From IMG/VR virus record IMGVR_UViG_3300018479_000131: DNA of 6,405 bases, one strand, 5' to 3'. Source of the DNA: a virus. Taxonomy: Duplodnaviria > Heunggongvirae > Uroviricota > Caudoviricetes. Positions 1 to 6,226 of the stretch are shown piece by piece. A program made the position numbers and the translations under genes. The first letter of the stretch is position 1, and each line of letters opens with the position of its first letter. The notes beneath the pieces are model-generated. The model was not told the DNA's origin. It worked only from the letters and a program-made list of their open reading frames with translations, and did not search any database.

Positions 1-20
1 ACACGACGCTCTTCCGATCT
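1..20. other. Illumina adapter remnant (non-biological), probably marking a read or contig end
   Basis: Bases 1-20 read ACACGACGCTCTTCCGATCT, which is the 3' end of the Illumina TruSeq universal adapter / read-1 primer site as I know it. Phage-like sequence begins immediately after. Confidence 0.85.
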
Positions 21-87
21 GAGCAGGATCATTACCGGCAAAAATACGTACTTCCGCACGCTGTTCAGTGATTGTTTTCGTTACCAT
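21..87 (-). CDS. Head decoration protein (lambda gpD-like), N-terminal fragment only; the rest runs off the window and into the adapter
   Basis: Reverse complement of 87..21 translates as MVTKTITEQRAEVRIFAGNDPA. An AGGAGG Shine-Dalgarno lies upstream on the minus strand (revcomp of about 93-104), though the spacing of about 12 nt is long. It sits directly downstream of the gpC-like stop, where lambda has D, and the NDPA motif resembles the N-terminus of lambda gpD as recalled. Only 22 codons are visible. Confidence 0.5.
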
Positions 88-123
88 ATTGTAAAAACCT
101 CCTGTTGATAGTCAGCACTGACT

Positions 124-726
124 TCATGGCATGGCCATGAGCATTTTCACGTCCGCATCACCGTCTGCTGACGTCTGTGGCACGCCACCCTGTACCGCTG
201 CCGGTGAATGGTTCGCCATGAAATGTTCAAACATGGCGGTTGTGGATGCAGAGACCGGTTCTGCCTTACCTGCTCCCGCCGCCAGCACAGCCCGGGCGCT
301 CTCCACAGTCATTCCCGGGCAGGCAGCCAGCTGTTCAGCCTGCGCCTCAGCCCCTTTTGCCTCATCCAGTGCTATGATCTGATCACGGAGTGATGGTCCG
401 GCATCCGCCTGCGGTGAAGCAGCCAGGATCGGGCGGGCTTTTTCCACCGTCATCTCCGGCATCGCCGCCAGCGTTGCCGCCAGTTGTTCACGACCGTTCG
501 CTTCTTCACACGCCATAATGCGATCGGCTTCACTCTGCGTGGATGCCACCGGCTGCTGCGGTGCCGCCGCGGCCAGAATCGCCCGGGCCTGTTCAACGCT
601 CATACCCTGTTGTCCTGCCAGCATCGTGGCAAGCTGTTCACGTCCTTTCGCTTCCTGGCATGTCAGGATCCCCATCACTCGCTGGTTCTCCTGCGCGGCG
701 GCTTCCGTTGCAGTTAATTGCGGCAT
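124..726 (-). CDS. Candidate nested in-frame scaffold protein (Nu3-like) from internal initiation within the gpC gene; the start codon is uncertain
   Basis: The in-frame ATG at 726..724 (Met302 of the gpC-like ORF) is preceded on the minus strand by GAGGAGG about 6 nt upstream (revcomp of 727-740 is TCAGAGGAGGCACT). In lambda, Nu3 is made by in-frame internal initiation inside C. Met231 (939..937) and Met241 (909..907) lie nearer the position of the lambda Nu3 start by alignment but have weaker ribosome-binding sites. Confidence 0.3.
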   Translation of the reverse strand: MPQLTATEAAAQENQRVMGILTCQEAKGREQLATMLAGQQGMSVEQARAILAAAAPQQPVASTQSEADRIMACEEANGREQLAATLAAMPEMTVEKARPILAASPQADAGPSLRDQIIALDEAKGAEAQAEQLAACPGMTVESARAVLAAGAGKAEPVSASTTAMFEHFMANHSPAAVQGGVPQTSADGDADVKMLMAMP

Positions 727-1629
727 AGTGCCTCCTCTGACATTACTGTTCAGCGCCGTGGCCATCACACTGATGGCATCCGACGCATTGATTAATTCAT
801 CCGCCAGCCCGGCCTCAATGCCGGACTGACCTTCAAAAACGGCAGCCTCTGTTCCCGTGACGGCATCAACAGACAGACCGGTATACATCGCCACTTTTTC
901 GGCAAACATCCGGCGCGCCGCATCAATCCGCTGCTGCATGTCCTGGCGAACCTCTGCCGGCAACGCTTCAAACTGATTGCCATCCACCTTGTGCGCCCCT
1001 GAGTAAATCAGCGTGATATCCACACCGGCCTGCGCCAGATGACCGGCATAGCTGACATGGCTCATCATCACGCCAATGGAGCCGATACGGGATGTCTGGG
1101 TAACCAGCCGTCGGGAGCAGGCCGACGCCAGCAGCATGGCTGCAGAACAGGCCGTGTCATTGCACAGTGCCCAGACCGGCTTCTGCTGACGGAGGCGGTA
1201 AATCATGTCAGCGCAGTCAAACGCGCCGGCGGCCTGCCCGCCCGGACTGTCAATGTCCAGCAGTACGCCCCGCACCTGGCTATCCGCCATTGCCTGCTGA
1301 AGACAGGCGACAATGCCGTCATATCCTGTCATTCCGGAAAATGGCCGCATACCACCCAGCCGGTGCACCAGCGTGCCGGTCACCGGCAGTACAGCAATAC
1401 CGTTCACCACCCGGTAAACACGGGCCGGTCGTTTACCTCCGGCCATATACTCGTCCGTTTCAGCCAGCATTCCGGGAGCATCAAGCTGTACCTGTTGTTG
1501 TGGTACCGAAAGACTTGCTGCCCCCATCTCGCGCCCGAGCGCGCAAAAGAAAACCCGCGCATAGGCGGGCTCCAGAAGCAGCGGTTCATTGAATGCTGCG
1601 GCAATAATGTGTGAAAGATTACGTCTCAC
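124..1629 (-). CDS. C: Prohead protease / capsid assembly protein (lambda gpC-like, S49/ClpP-like serine peptidase) with a C-terminal scaffold (Nu3-like) domain
   Basis: 501-aa ORF from the track. The N-terminal ~300 aa align by eye with lambda gpC (e.g. AFNEPLLLEPAYARVFFCAL, NGIAVLPVTGTLV, GMTGYDGI, PGGQAAGAFDCAD, KPVWALCNDTACSAA, SRRLVTQT, GSIGVMM, ITLIYSGAHKVDGN, YTGLSVDAV). A Cys-Ser-Ala motif sits where lambda gpC has its catalytic serine. The C-terminal part is a repeated scaffold-type motif. Confidence 0.93.
   Translation of the reverse strand: MRRNLSHIIAAAFNEPLLLEPAYARVFFCALGREMGAASLSVPQQQVQLDAPGMLAETDEYMAGGKRPARVYRVVNGIAVLPVTGTLVHRLGGMRPFSGMTGYDGIVACLQQAMADSQVRGVLLDIDSPGGQAAGAFDCADMIYRLRQQKPVWALCNDTACSAAMLLASACSRRLVTQTSRIGSIGVMMSHVSYAGHLAQAGVDITLIYSGAHKVDGNQFEALPAEVRQDMQQRIDAARRMFAEKVAMYTGLSVDAVTGTEAAVFEGQSGIEAGLADELINASDAISVMATALNSNVRGGTMPQLTATEAAAQENQRVMGILTCQEAKGREQLATMLAGQQGMSVEQARAILAAAAPQQPVASTQSEADRIMACEEANGREQLAATLAAMPEMTVEKARPILAASPQADAGPSLRDQIIALDEAKGAEAQAEQLAACPGMTVESARAVLAAGAGKAEPVSASTTAMFEHFMANHSPAAVQGGVPQTSADGDADVKMLMAMP
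250..680. repeat. Three tandem, diverged coding repeats (periods about 141 and 150 bp) encoding a triplicated ~47-50 aa scaffold-domain motif within the gpC/Nu3-like gene
   Basis: DNA anchors recur at 281-312 (GCCAGCACAGCCCGGGCG...CAGTCAT), 422-453 (GCCAGGATCGGGCGGGC...CCGTCAT) and 572-603 (GCCAGAATCGCCCGGGC...CGCTCAT). Matching protein repeats are ILTCQEAKGREQLATMLAGQQGMSVEQARAILAAA, IMACEEANGREQLAATLAAMPEMTVEKARPILAAS and IIALDEAKGAEAQAEQLAACPGMTVESARAVLAAG. Confidence 0.85.
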
Positions 1630-3211
1630 GTGGTGTTGTCTCCTCTTCCGGCCTGCGACTCTCCGCTATCTGCTGCTGATACGCCTGCGCTATCCACACC
1701 GGACGTGAGAGTCCGGCTTTTTCCCGCTCTGCAGATTCCCTGACCTGCTGGCGGAAAATGTCCTGATAATCCTCGCCCATCAGCGCCAGCTCTTTCTCAT
1801 ACGTGCTCAGTCCGGCCTCAATGCGCATCACTGATTCCTGGACTTCCTTGAGCCCGTCAATGGCCATTCTTCCGGCACCAATCCACTCTGCCCGTGACCA
1901 GGCTGATCGCGCCTGATAAAAATCAAAACGTGCCCGTGGCGGACGAATAATCCCCCGAAGAAGTGCCTCTTCCAGCCAGCAGGAAAACATCTGCGTGGCC
2001 AGCCGGGCCGCAATAAATTTTCGCCGCCCCATAAAATAGCGCCACGACTCATTGGCGGAGGCGCGGGCACTTGAGTAACTGACCTTCGAGTAGTCACGGG
2101 ACAACTGTTCGTAGGAAACGCCAAGACCGGCGGCGATATACCGCAGCAGCGCCTGTTCAAGCGCAGAAAATCCATTGTCTGAATCCTGCGCGGTCTGCAG
2201 TTTCAGATCATCCCCGGGGAAAAGGTGCGGAATTTTGACACCGCCCAGCGTCACGTGATTCGTGTCATACCAGTTGGAGAACTTCTCCAGAATATTAATA
2301 AGCGGATTATCCTTCTGCCCCTGCGGCGCACCGGCGATATATTCAAAGGCCTTTTCGGTATCAAGTTCACTTTCGATTGTGGCTGCATACATGGCCTTCA
2401 CAATGGCCGACTGAAGCTGTGTTACCTGCAGGGAATCGAGCATCTTCAGCCGCTCCATGACGCTGTAAAACTGATTAGCCCCACGGGTCTGCCCGTCCTC
2501 CACCGGCTCGAAAATATGCAGCATGGCCGGACGCCCGGTGGGAAGTTCACGCGGGATCCGTTCCCATCCTCCACTACCAGAGAACGGAAAATCATCCTCA
2601 CAGATGTGGTACGCAACGGCACGGCCATATCGATCGACCTCCACACCGGCCCGCAGAAAACGGTTCCCCATACCGTGTCCTGGCGTGTCCACCCGTTTCG
2701 GACTCACGGCTTTAAAACGCGTACGGAATAACTGCGTGGTTTCCGTATCCCAGACCGGCTGCACAAATATTTCGCCGTTAAACGCATGAACGCCCACACC
2801 TTCACGGATAAATTCCGTGAAGGTGCGTTTTCCTTCCACGTCGATCTCGCCAAACATCCCTTCGGCGTATTCCGACCAGGCCGCCTCCACCTCATCGACA
2901 AAGCTTTTTGCTGCAGTCTCCCGCATCCCCAGCCAGCGCCAGTTCGGACGGTAGCTGATCAGAAACATATGCCCGACAATGTGATCTTTATGCAGGGCCA
3001 CCGCATTAGCCGCTATTCCGTTATTGCGCACCAGATCATCTGCCCGGGCATTCCCCAGACGCAACGCGGGCAGCAGGGCCGCATCGGCACTCTGCGCCGG
3101 TGGCAACCACTCCGCCATTTGCCCGCCAAATCCTGCGCCGCCCCCGTTGTAGCTGAGACTCTCACGAAGCGGAACGCCGTTCACATCAATCAGGACAGGC
3201 GTTAGTTTCAT
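1619..3211 (-). CDS. B: Portal protein (lambda gpB-like)
   Basis: 530-aa ORF. Motifs shared with lambda gpB as recalled include GGGAGFGGQ, DAALLP, GNARADDLVRNNG, HAFNGEIFVQ, WDT, LFRTRFKAVSPKR, EPVEDGQTRGAN, FYSVME, KMLDSLQ, TQLQSAIVKAMYAATIESELDT, LLRYIAAGLGVSYEQLSRDY, YSSARASANESW, FMGRRKF, WSRAEWIGAGRMAIDGLKEVQE and IEAGLSTYEKE. Its start overlaps the gpW stop by 4 nt (ATGA), and its 3' end overlaps the gpC start by 11 nt. Confidence 0.95.
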   Translation of the reverse strand: MKLTPVLIDVNGVPLRESLSYNGGGAGFGGQMAEWLPPAQSADAALLPALRLGNARADDLVRNNGIAANAVALHKDHIVGHMFLISYRPNWRWLGMRETAAKSFVDEVEAAWSEYAEGMFGEIDVEGKRTFTEFIREGVGVHAFNGEIFVQPVWDTETTQLFRTRFKAVSPKRVDTPGHGMGNRFLRAGVEVDRYGRAVAYHICEDDFPFSGSGGWERIPRELPTGRPAMLHIFEPVEDGQTRGANQFYSVMERLKMLDSLQVTQLQSAIVKAMYAATIESELDTEKAFEYIAGAPQGQKDNPLINILEKFSNWYDTNHVTLGGVKIPHLFPGDDLKLQTAQDSDNGFSALEQALLRYIAAGLGVSYEQLSRDYSKVSYSSARASANESWRYFMGRRKFIAARLATQMFSCWLEEALLRGIIRPPRARFDFYQARSAWSRAEWIGAGRMAIDGLKEVQESVMRIEAGLSTYEKELALMGEDYQDIFRQQVRESAEREKAGLSRPVWIAQAYQQQIAESRRPEEETTPRET

Positions 3212-3414
3212 AACCTCACTCCCAGCGGACGACGGCGACGTCGGGTTGTCCCCAGTACCGACTCCGCATCATTGATCGCCCGGTTAAGCTCATCCAGAGA
3301 AGCCGCCGTATATTCAATTCTGCGACCATCTTTCTGGACAGACACCACCCGTTTACCGGTTAATAAATCAAGGCGCGCCTGACGCAGCGCCTGCAGTTCA
3401 GCGACTGTAACCAT
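3208..3414 (-). CDS. W: Head-tail joining / head completion protein (lambda gpW-like)
   Basis: 68 aa, the same length as lambda gpW. Its sequence [51 protein letters not shown]...RRRRP parallels lambda W (TGKRVATVQKDGRRVEFTA...RRRGP) as recalled. A GGAGGA Shine-Dalgarno lies upstream, and the gene sits between the terminase large subunit and portal genes. Confidence 0.9.
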   Translation of the reverse strand: MVTVAELQALRQARLDLLTGKRVVSVQKDGRRIEYTAASLDELNRAINDAESVLGTTRRRRRPLGVRL

Positions 3415-5326
3415 TCACTCCTCCGGACAGCTTCGCTGCCAGTTCTTTAAGGGTTGGCCGGGTCGTCTCTTCTTCCCGGGATTTTGCCAGTACAGCCAGA
3501 TCAAGCTGCCAGCGCTGCACGGACACACGTAATGCCGCGTAGGCATACACCAGGCAGTCCAGCGCTTCGTTACGCCGCTTTTTGTTATCCCACAGCAGAC
3601 GCATCTTTCCTTTTTCCCACTTCTCCACAAGCTCTTCCGCAACCAGTTGCTGCGCCTCTGTCTGCGAAAAAATCTCCGGATCATCAGGAAAACGGATGGC
3701 ATACGACGTGGCTTCATCCGCAGGCGTGGGATCGGCTTTCATACGGGCATAGAGAATCTCTTTTGCGGTGTCCGTCCCCACTTCACACAGATACACGCCC
3801 CGCTGATTGCGGGTTTTTGGCATGGTGATCACCGGCTTGCCATAGACAGATGCGCCTTTTACCGGCAGCACCCGGAAAACACCGTGTTTTTTTGACCTCT
3901 GATAAACGATTTCGCCATCGATCCCCCCGATGTCCCAGCAGACACGGGAAATGGTCATTTCGGTTCCGTCTGCATGACGGTATTTTTTGTTGATCGCCGC
4001 ATCCACACGTAACAGCGTCTCTTCCTCATCGGGACGCCCCATAATGATGATTTTATCCACCAGAAAGGCTTCCTCTCCCGGAGCCCATCCCCAGACATAC
4101 ATCTCAAAACGGTTTCGCTGCGAGTCAATGCCCGCCGTCAGATAAACCACCCGGGCAGGCACTGCCGCCGTGTAACGCACAACCTTATCCATCAGTACCT
4201 GGTGATCGAGTTTTTCGCCCACGGCCTCTTCCCAGGTCTCGCCCAGCGTGGTGTTCACAAAGGTTTTCAGGCCGTTGGGATCTTTCAGTGCATCCAGCCA
4301 GTCATAGACAATCTGTACCCAGGTGGTGAACGGACTGTACGCCGTCCAGATATGGAACGTGATGGAGCGCGGCGGCGGAATTTCATTACCCGCAGCGCTG
4401 AAAAACATCAGACCGTCACGGGTCCACATGCCCGTGTTTTCACAAATCCACCGCCCGTTGCTCTGGTCCAGTTCAGACTGATGGATCACGCAGCCATGAT
4501 GTTCACAGAGGTAGAAAACACTTTCGGGACTGTCCTTCTCCCATTTAAGCCCAAAAGGCGTGGACTCATCGCCAAATTTCAGATACTGCTCCTCCCCACA
4601 GTGCGGGCAGGGCACATAAAAACGCATGAAATGCGCCGACTCGTTGGCCGCTTTTTCGATCTGGCAGGAGCCTTTTATTTTAGGCGTCGAGCCGCGAATG
4701 GATTTTGGCCATACAGAGCCCTCAATACGCTTATCCCCCAGCAGGGTTGGCGAGCCCTCTTTTTCAACATCCGGCTCGAACGAGGAAAGTTCGTCATAGC
4801 AGACCACATCCACGGATTTTTCACGGTAGTTTTTGGCGGCAGCACCACCCAGGCACCAAAAACCCACACGGGAAGTGAATCTTTTTAATGTCAGCGTGTT
4901 ATCCCGGTGCTTACGTCCCAGCCAGGGGGAAAGAATTTTCAGACAGGGAACATCCCGTAATGTTGACTCCACATGAGACTTCATAAAATCTTCAGCGGCA
5001 GAATCCGTAGGCTGAAACAGAAGACTGTTACGGTTTTTATGCTCAATAAAGTAACCAATAACGCCCATCAGCATTTTGGTGTAACCGACTCGAGCTGATT
5101 TTATAAGATTAATCGTGCGGATCCGGTCATTACCCATGCAGTTCATTATTGCCACCTGAAATGGCAACGTCTTCCACCGCCCAGCAAGATAAGAGGACTC
5201 CGGGGGCAAATAATAATTTTGATCGGCCCATTCAACGGTGGTTACAGGCAGTGGGCGTAAAAGCCCACGAAGTGCCACTCCACAAACAACAGCAAAGTTA
5301 TTTAGCTGCTTCTCTGAGGTATTCAT
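3398..5326 (-). CDS. A: Terminase large subunit (lambda gpA-like)
   Basis: 642 aa against 641 in lambda gpA. Long colinear matches by eye include [192 protein letters not shown] and [13 protein letters not shown]. Confidence 0.96.
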   Translation of the reverse strand: MNTSEKQLNNFAVVCGVALRGLLRPLPVTTVEWADQNYYLPPESSYLAGRWKTLPFQVAIMNCMGNDRIRTINLIKSARVGYTKMLMGVIGYFIEHKNRNSLLFQPTDSAAEDFMKSHVESTLRDVPCLKILSPWLGRKHRDNTLTLKRFTSRVGFWCLGGAAAKNYREKSVDVVCYDELSSFEPDVEKEGSPTLLGDKRIEGSVWPKSIRGSTPKIKGSCQIEKAANESAHFMRFYVPCPHCGEEQYLKFGDESTPFGLKWEKDSPESVFYLCEHHGCVIHQSELDQSNGRWICENTGMWTRDGLMFFSAAGNEIPPPRSITFHIWTAYSPFTTWVQIVYDWLDALKDPNGLKTFVNTTLGETWEEAVGEKLDHQVLMDKVVRYTAAVPARVVYLTAGIDSQRNRFEMYVWGWAPGEEAFLVDKIIIMGRPDEEETLLRVDAAINKKYRHADGTEMTISRVCWDIGGIDGEIVYQRSKKHGVFRVLPVKGASVYGKPVITMPKTRNQRGVYLCEVGTDTAKEILYARMKADPTPADEATSYAIRFPDDPEIFSQTEAQQLVAEELVEKWEKGKMRLLWDNKKRRNEALDCLVYAYAALRVSVQRWQLDLAVLAKSREEETTRPTLKELAAKLSGGVNGYSR

Positions 5327-5846
5327 CCAGCATCTCCGGTAACTTCTCTGCCGTTGATGCGCATCGGTTTGCCGCCTTTGCTATATCGGTTTTCAGGAAA
5401 TCAAGCATAGCGGGCGTCAGTGCCGAAAACTGTCTCTGCATGGACAATGGAATGGAGTCAAGAATGGCAGAGATCTCCTGTGCCAGTCTTCCCAGAGCAA
5501 AAAGGCAAAACCCTGTATCAATGACCTGCCCACTGTCGCGGGCATTTTTCAGTTCCTGTGCATCTGCCTGTGCCTTCGTCAGTCGGTAACGTTCGTAATC
5601 AATGGTGCCGGGCTGAAGGTCTGATTCGCTGGCAGCCCTCAAATCCTCGACCTCTTTACGGAGTTTTTCGTTTTCAATATCAGCTTCGCGCTGCGCATAC
5701 CACTGAATGGCAGCAGTTGTATCAAAAACTGATTCAGTCCCTTTCCCTCCACCAGAAACTAGTGGTAACCCCTGACTCTGCCAGGCGGTGATGGTCCTGA
5801 CATCAACGCCAAAAATATCGGCCAGTTTTTTCTTATTGACGTTCAT
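5298..5846 (-). CDS. nu1: Terminase small subunit (lambda Nu1-like)
   Basis: 182 aa against 181 in lambda Nu1. It has an N-terminal helix-turn-helix-like segment ([24 protein letters not shown]) and a GGGKGTES motif (nt 5730-5753, minus strand), and is colinear with lambda Nu1 as recalled ([52 protein letters not shown]). It overlaps the gpA-like start by 29 nt and lies immediately downstream of cos. Confidence 0.95.
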   Translation of the reverse strand: MNVNKKKLADIFGVDVRTITAWQSQGLPLVSGGGKGTESVFDTTAAIQWYAQREADIENEKLRKEVEDLRAASESDLQPGTIDYERYRLTKAQADAQELKNARDSGQVIDTGFCLFALGRLAQEISAILDSIPLSMQRQFSALTPAMLDFLKTDIAKAANRCASTAEKLPEMLDEYLREAAK

Positions 5847-5865
5847 ACACTCATCCGGAAACCAG

Positions 5866-5918
5866 AAAGGATCTGAAAATGGCGTTTTCGGACAAAAACA
5901 GCCTTTGTCAGATCCTTT
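5866..5918. promoter_or_regulatory. Perfect 11-bp inverted repeat with a 31-bp spacer inside cosB; candidate paired binding sites (R-site-like) for the small terminase subunit
   Basis: AAAGGATCTGA at 5866-5876 and TCAGATCCTTT at 5908-5918 are exact reverse complements. The element lies 20-70 bp upstream of the Nu1 start, where lambda carries the inverted R2/R1-type elements. Confidence 0.55.
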
Positions 5919-5941
5919 TATATTTTTAATATTCTATTGAT

Positions 5942-5954
5942 AATCAATCAGTTA
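5942..5954. promoter_or_regulatory. IHF binding-site consensus match (candidate I1-like site of cosB)
   Basis: AATCAATCAGTTA matches the IHF consensus WATCAANNNNTTR exactly. It is embedded in an AT-rich tract between the R3-like element and the inverted repeat, as the IHF site I1 is in lambda cosB. Confidence 0.5.
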
Positions 5955-6015
5955 AAAAGAAGAAGAACGGATCTACTTTTTCCCGAAAAATTTTCATAAA
6001 TAGTGAAAACGCGCG

Positions 6016-6027
6016 AGGTCGCCGCCC
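6016..6027. other. cosN: the 12-bp lambda-type cohesive-end sequence (terminase nicking site)
   Basis: 6016-6027 reads AGGTCGCCGCCC, the exact reverse complement of the lambda cohesive end GGGCGGCGACCT, and is flanked on both sides by near-lambda-identical sequence. Confidence 0.9.
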
Positions 6028-6058
6028 CGTAACCTGTCGGATCGCCGGAAAGGACCCG
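6028..6058. promoter_or_regulatory. cosQ-containing segment (right-end side of cos)
   Basis: CGTAACCTGTCGGATCGCCGGAAAGGACCCG is the reverse complement of the last ~31 bp of the lambda genome right end (…CGGGTCCTTTCCGGTGATCCGACAGGTTACG as recalled), with a single mismatch. Confidence 0.8.
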
Positions 6059-6062
6059 AAAA

Positions 6063-6079
6063 ATGATAATAATTATCAT
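6063..6079. promoter_or_regulatory. AT-rich palindrome ATGATAAT-A-ATTATCAT; candidate operator in the intergenic region upstream of the plus-strand small gene
   Basis: 8-bp arms are exact reverse complements around a single central base. A related palindrome ATAAT-CA-ATTAT lies at 6122-6133, and GCATC-containing direct repeats lie at 6077-6083 and 6097-6103. Confidence 0.35.
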
Positions 6080-6226
6080 CTACATATCACAACGTGCATC
6101 TACGCCATCAAACCACGTCAAATAATCAATTATGACGCAGGTATCGTATTAATTGATCTGCATCAACTTAACGTAAAAACAACTTCAGACAATACAAATC
6201 AGCAACACTGAATACGGGGCAACCTC

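Larger units (their letters stand above)
5847..6015. promoter_or_regulatory. cosB-like terminase-binding region (Nu1 R-site and IHF-site region) between cosN and the Nu1 start
   Basis: The part nearest cosN (5983-6015, CCGAAAAATTTTCATAAATAGTGAAAACGCGCG) is nearly identical to the reverse complement of the lambda left end just inside the cohesive end, as recalled. 5958-5972 (AGAAGAAGAACGGAT) resembles the reverse complement of the lambda R3 element (CCGTTCTTCTTCG). The AT-rich tract 5916-5954 contains an IHF consensus match. The Nu1-proximal part has diverged from lambda. Confidence 0.8.

Noticed and set aside
250-680. Possibility that the tandem repeats are a CRISPR array or satellite
   Set aside because: The units are about 141-150 bp, diverged, maintain an open reading frame and encode a repeated protein motif. 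There are no short identical direct repeats with unique spacers.
131-829. Several short plus-strand ORFs (61-103 aa) within the gpC repeat region
   Set aside because: These are antisense or alternate-frame readings of the tandem coding repeats. They are repetitive Ala/Arg/Cys-rich artefacts with no independent coding evidence.
1039-1614. Plus-strand ORFs of 191 and 141 aa (1039..1614 and 1167..1592) antisense to the gpC-like gene
   Set aside because: They lie entirely inside a well-supported minus-strand gene. Their translations are low-complexity and rich in Arg, Pro, Ala and Cys, as expected for antisense frames of GC-rich coding DNA. No ribosome-binding site or recognisable domain is present.
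2225-3205. Plus-strand ORFs of 168, 88 and 139 aa antisense to the portal gene, and the 115-aa minus-strand ORF 1828..2175 in an alternate frame
   Set aside because: They are fully embedded in the portal CDS, which is colinear with lambda gpB along its length. They have no start context and unusual composition, so they are most likely chance open frames.
3415-3717. 100-aa Arg-rich minus-strand ORF overlapping the 3' end of the terminase large subunit gene
   Set aside because: It is the upstream extension of the gpW reading frame, terminated by a stop immediately before the gpW ATG. It lies entirely inside the gpA-like CDS in another frame, and lambda has no gene there. Its basic, low-complexity translation is typical of an out-of-frame artefact.
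4202-4888. 228-aa plus-strand ORF antisense to the terminase large subunit, and the 64-aa ORF 4675..4869
   Set aside because: They are embedded in the strongly supported gpA-like gene. There is no ribosome-binding site and no recognisable motifs.
5149-5791. Plus-strand ORFs (146 and 77 aa) spanning the Nu1/A junction
   Set aside because: They are antisense to two overlapping, well-supported terminase genes, and their translations are not protein-like.
6016-6027. Possibility that the GC-rich 12-mer and its flanks form a transcription terminator or integration (att) core
   Set aside because: The sequence lacks a stable hairpin followed by a U-tract, and it matches the lambda cohesive-end and cosQ sequences almost exactly in the expected position upstream of Nu1. 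cos is the far better explanation.
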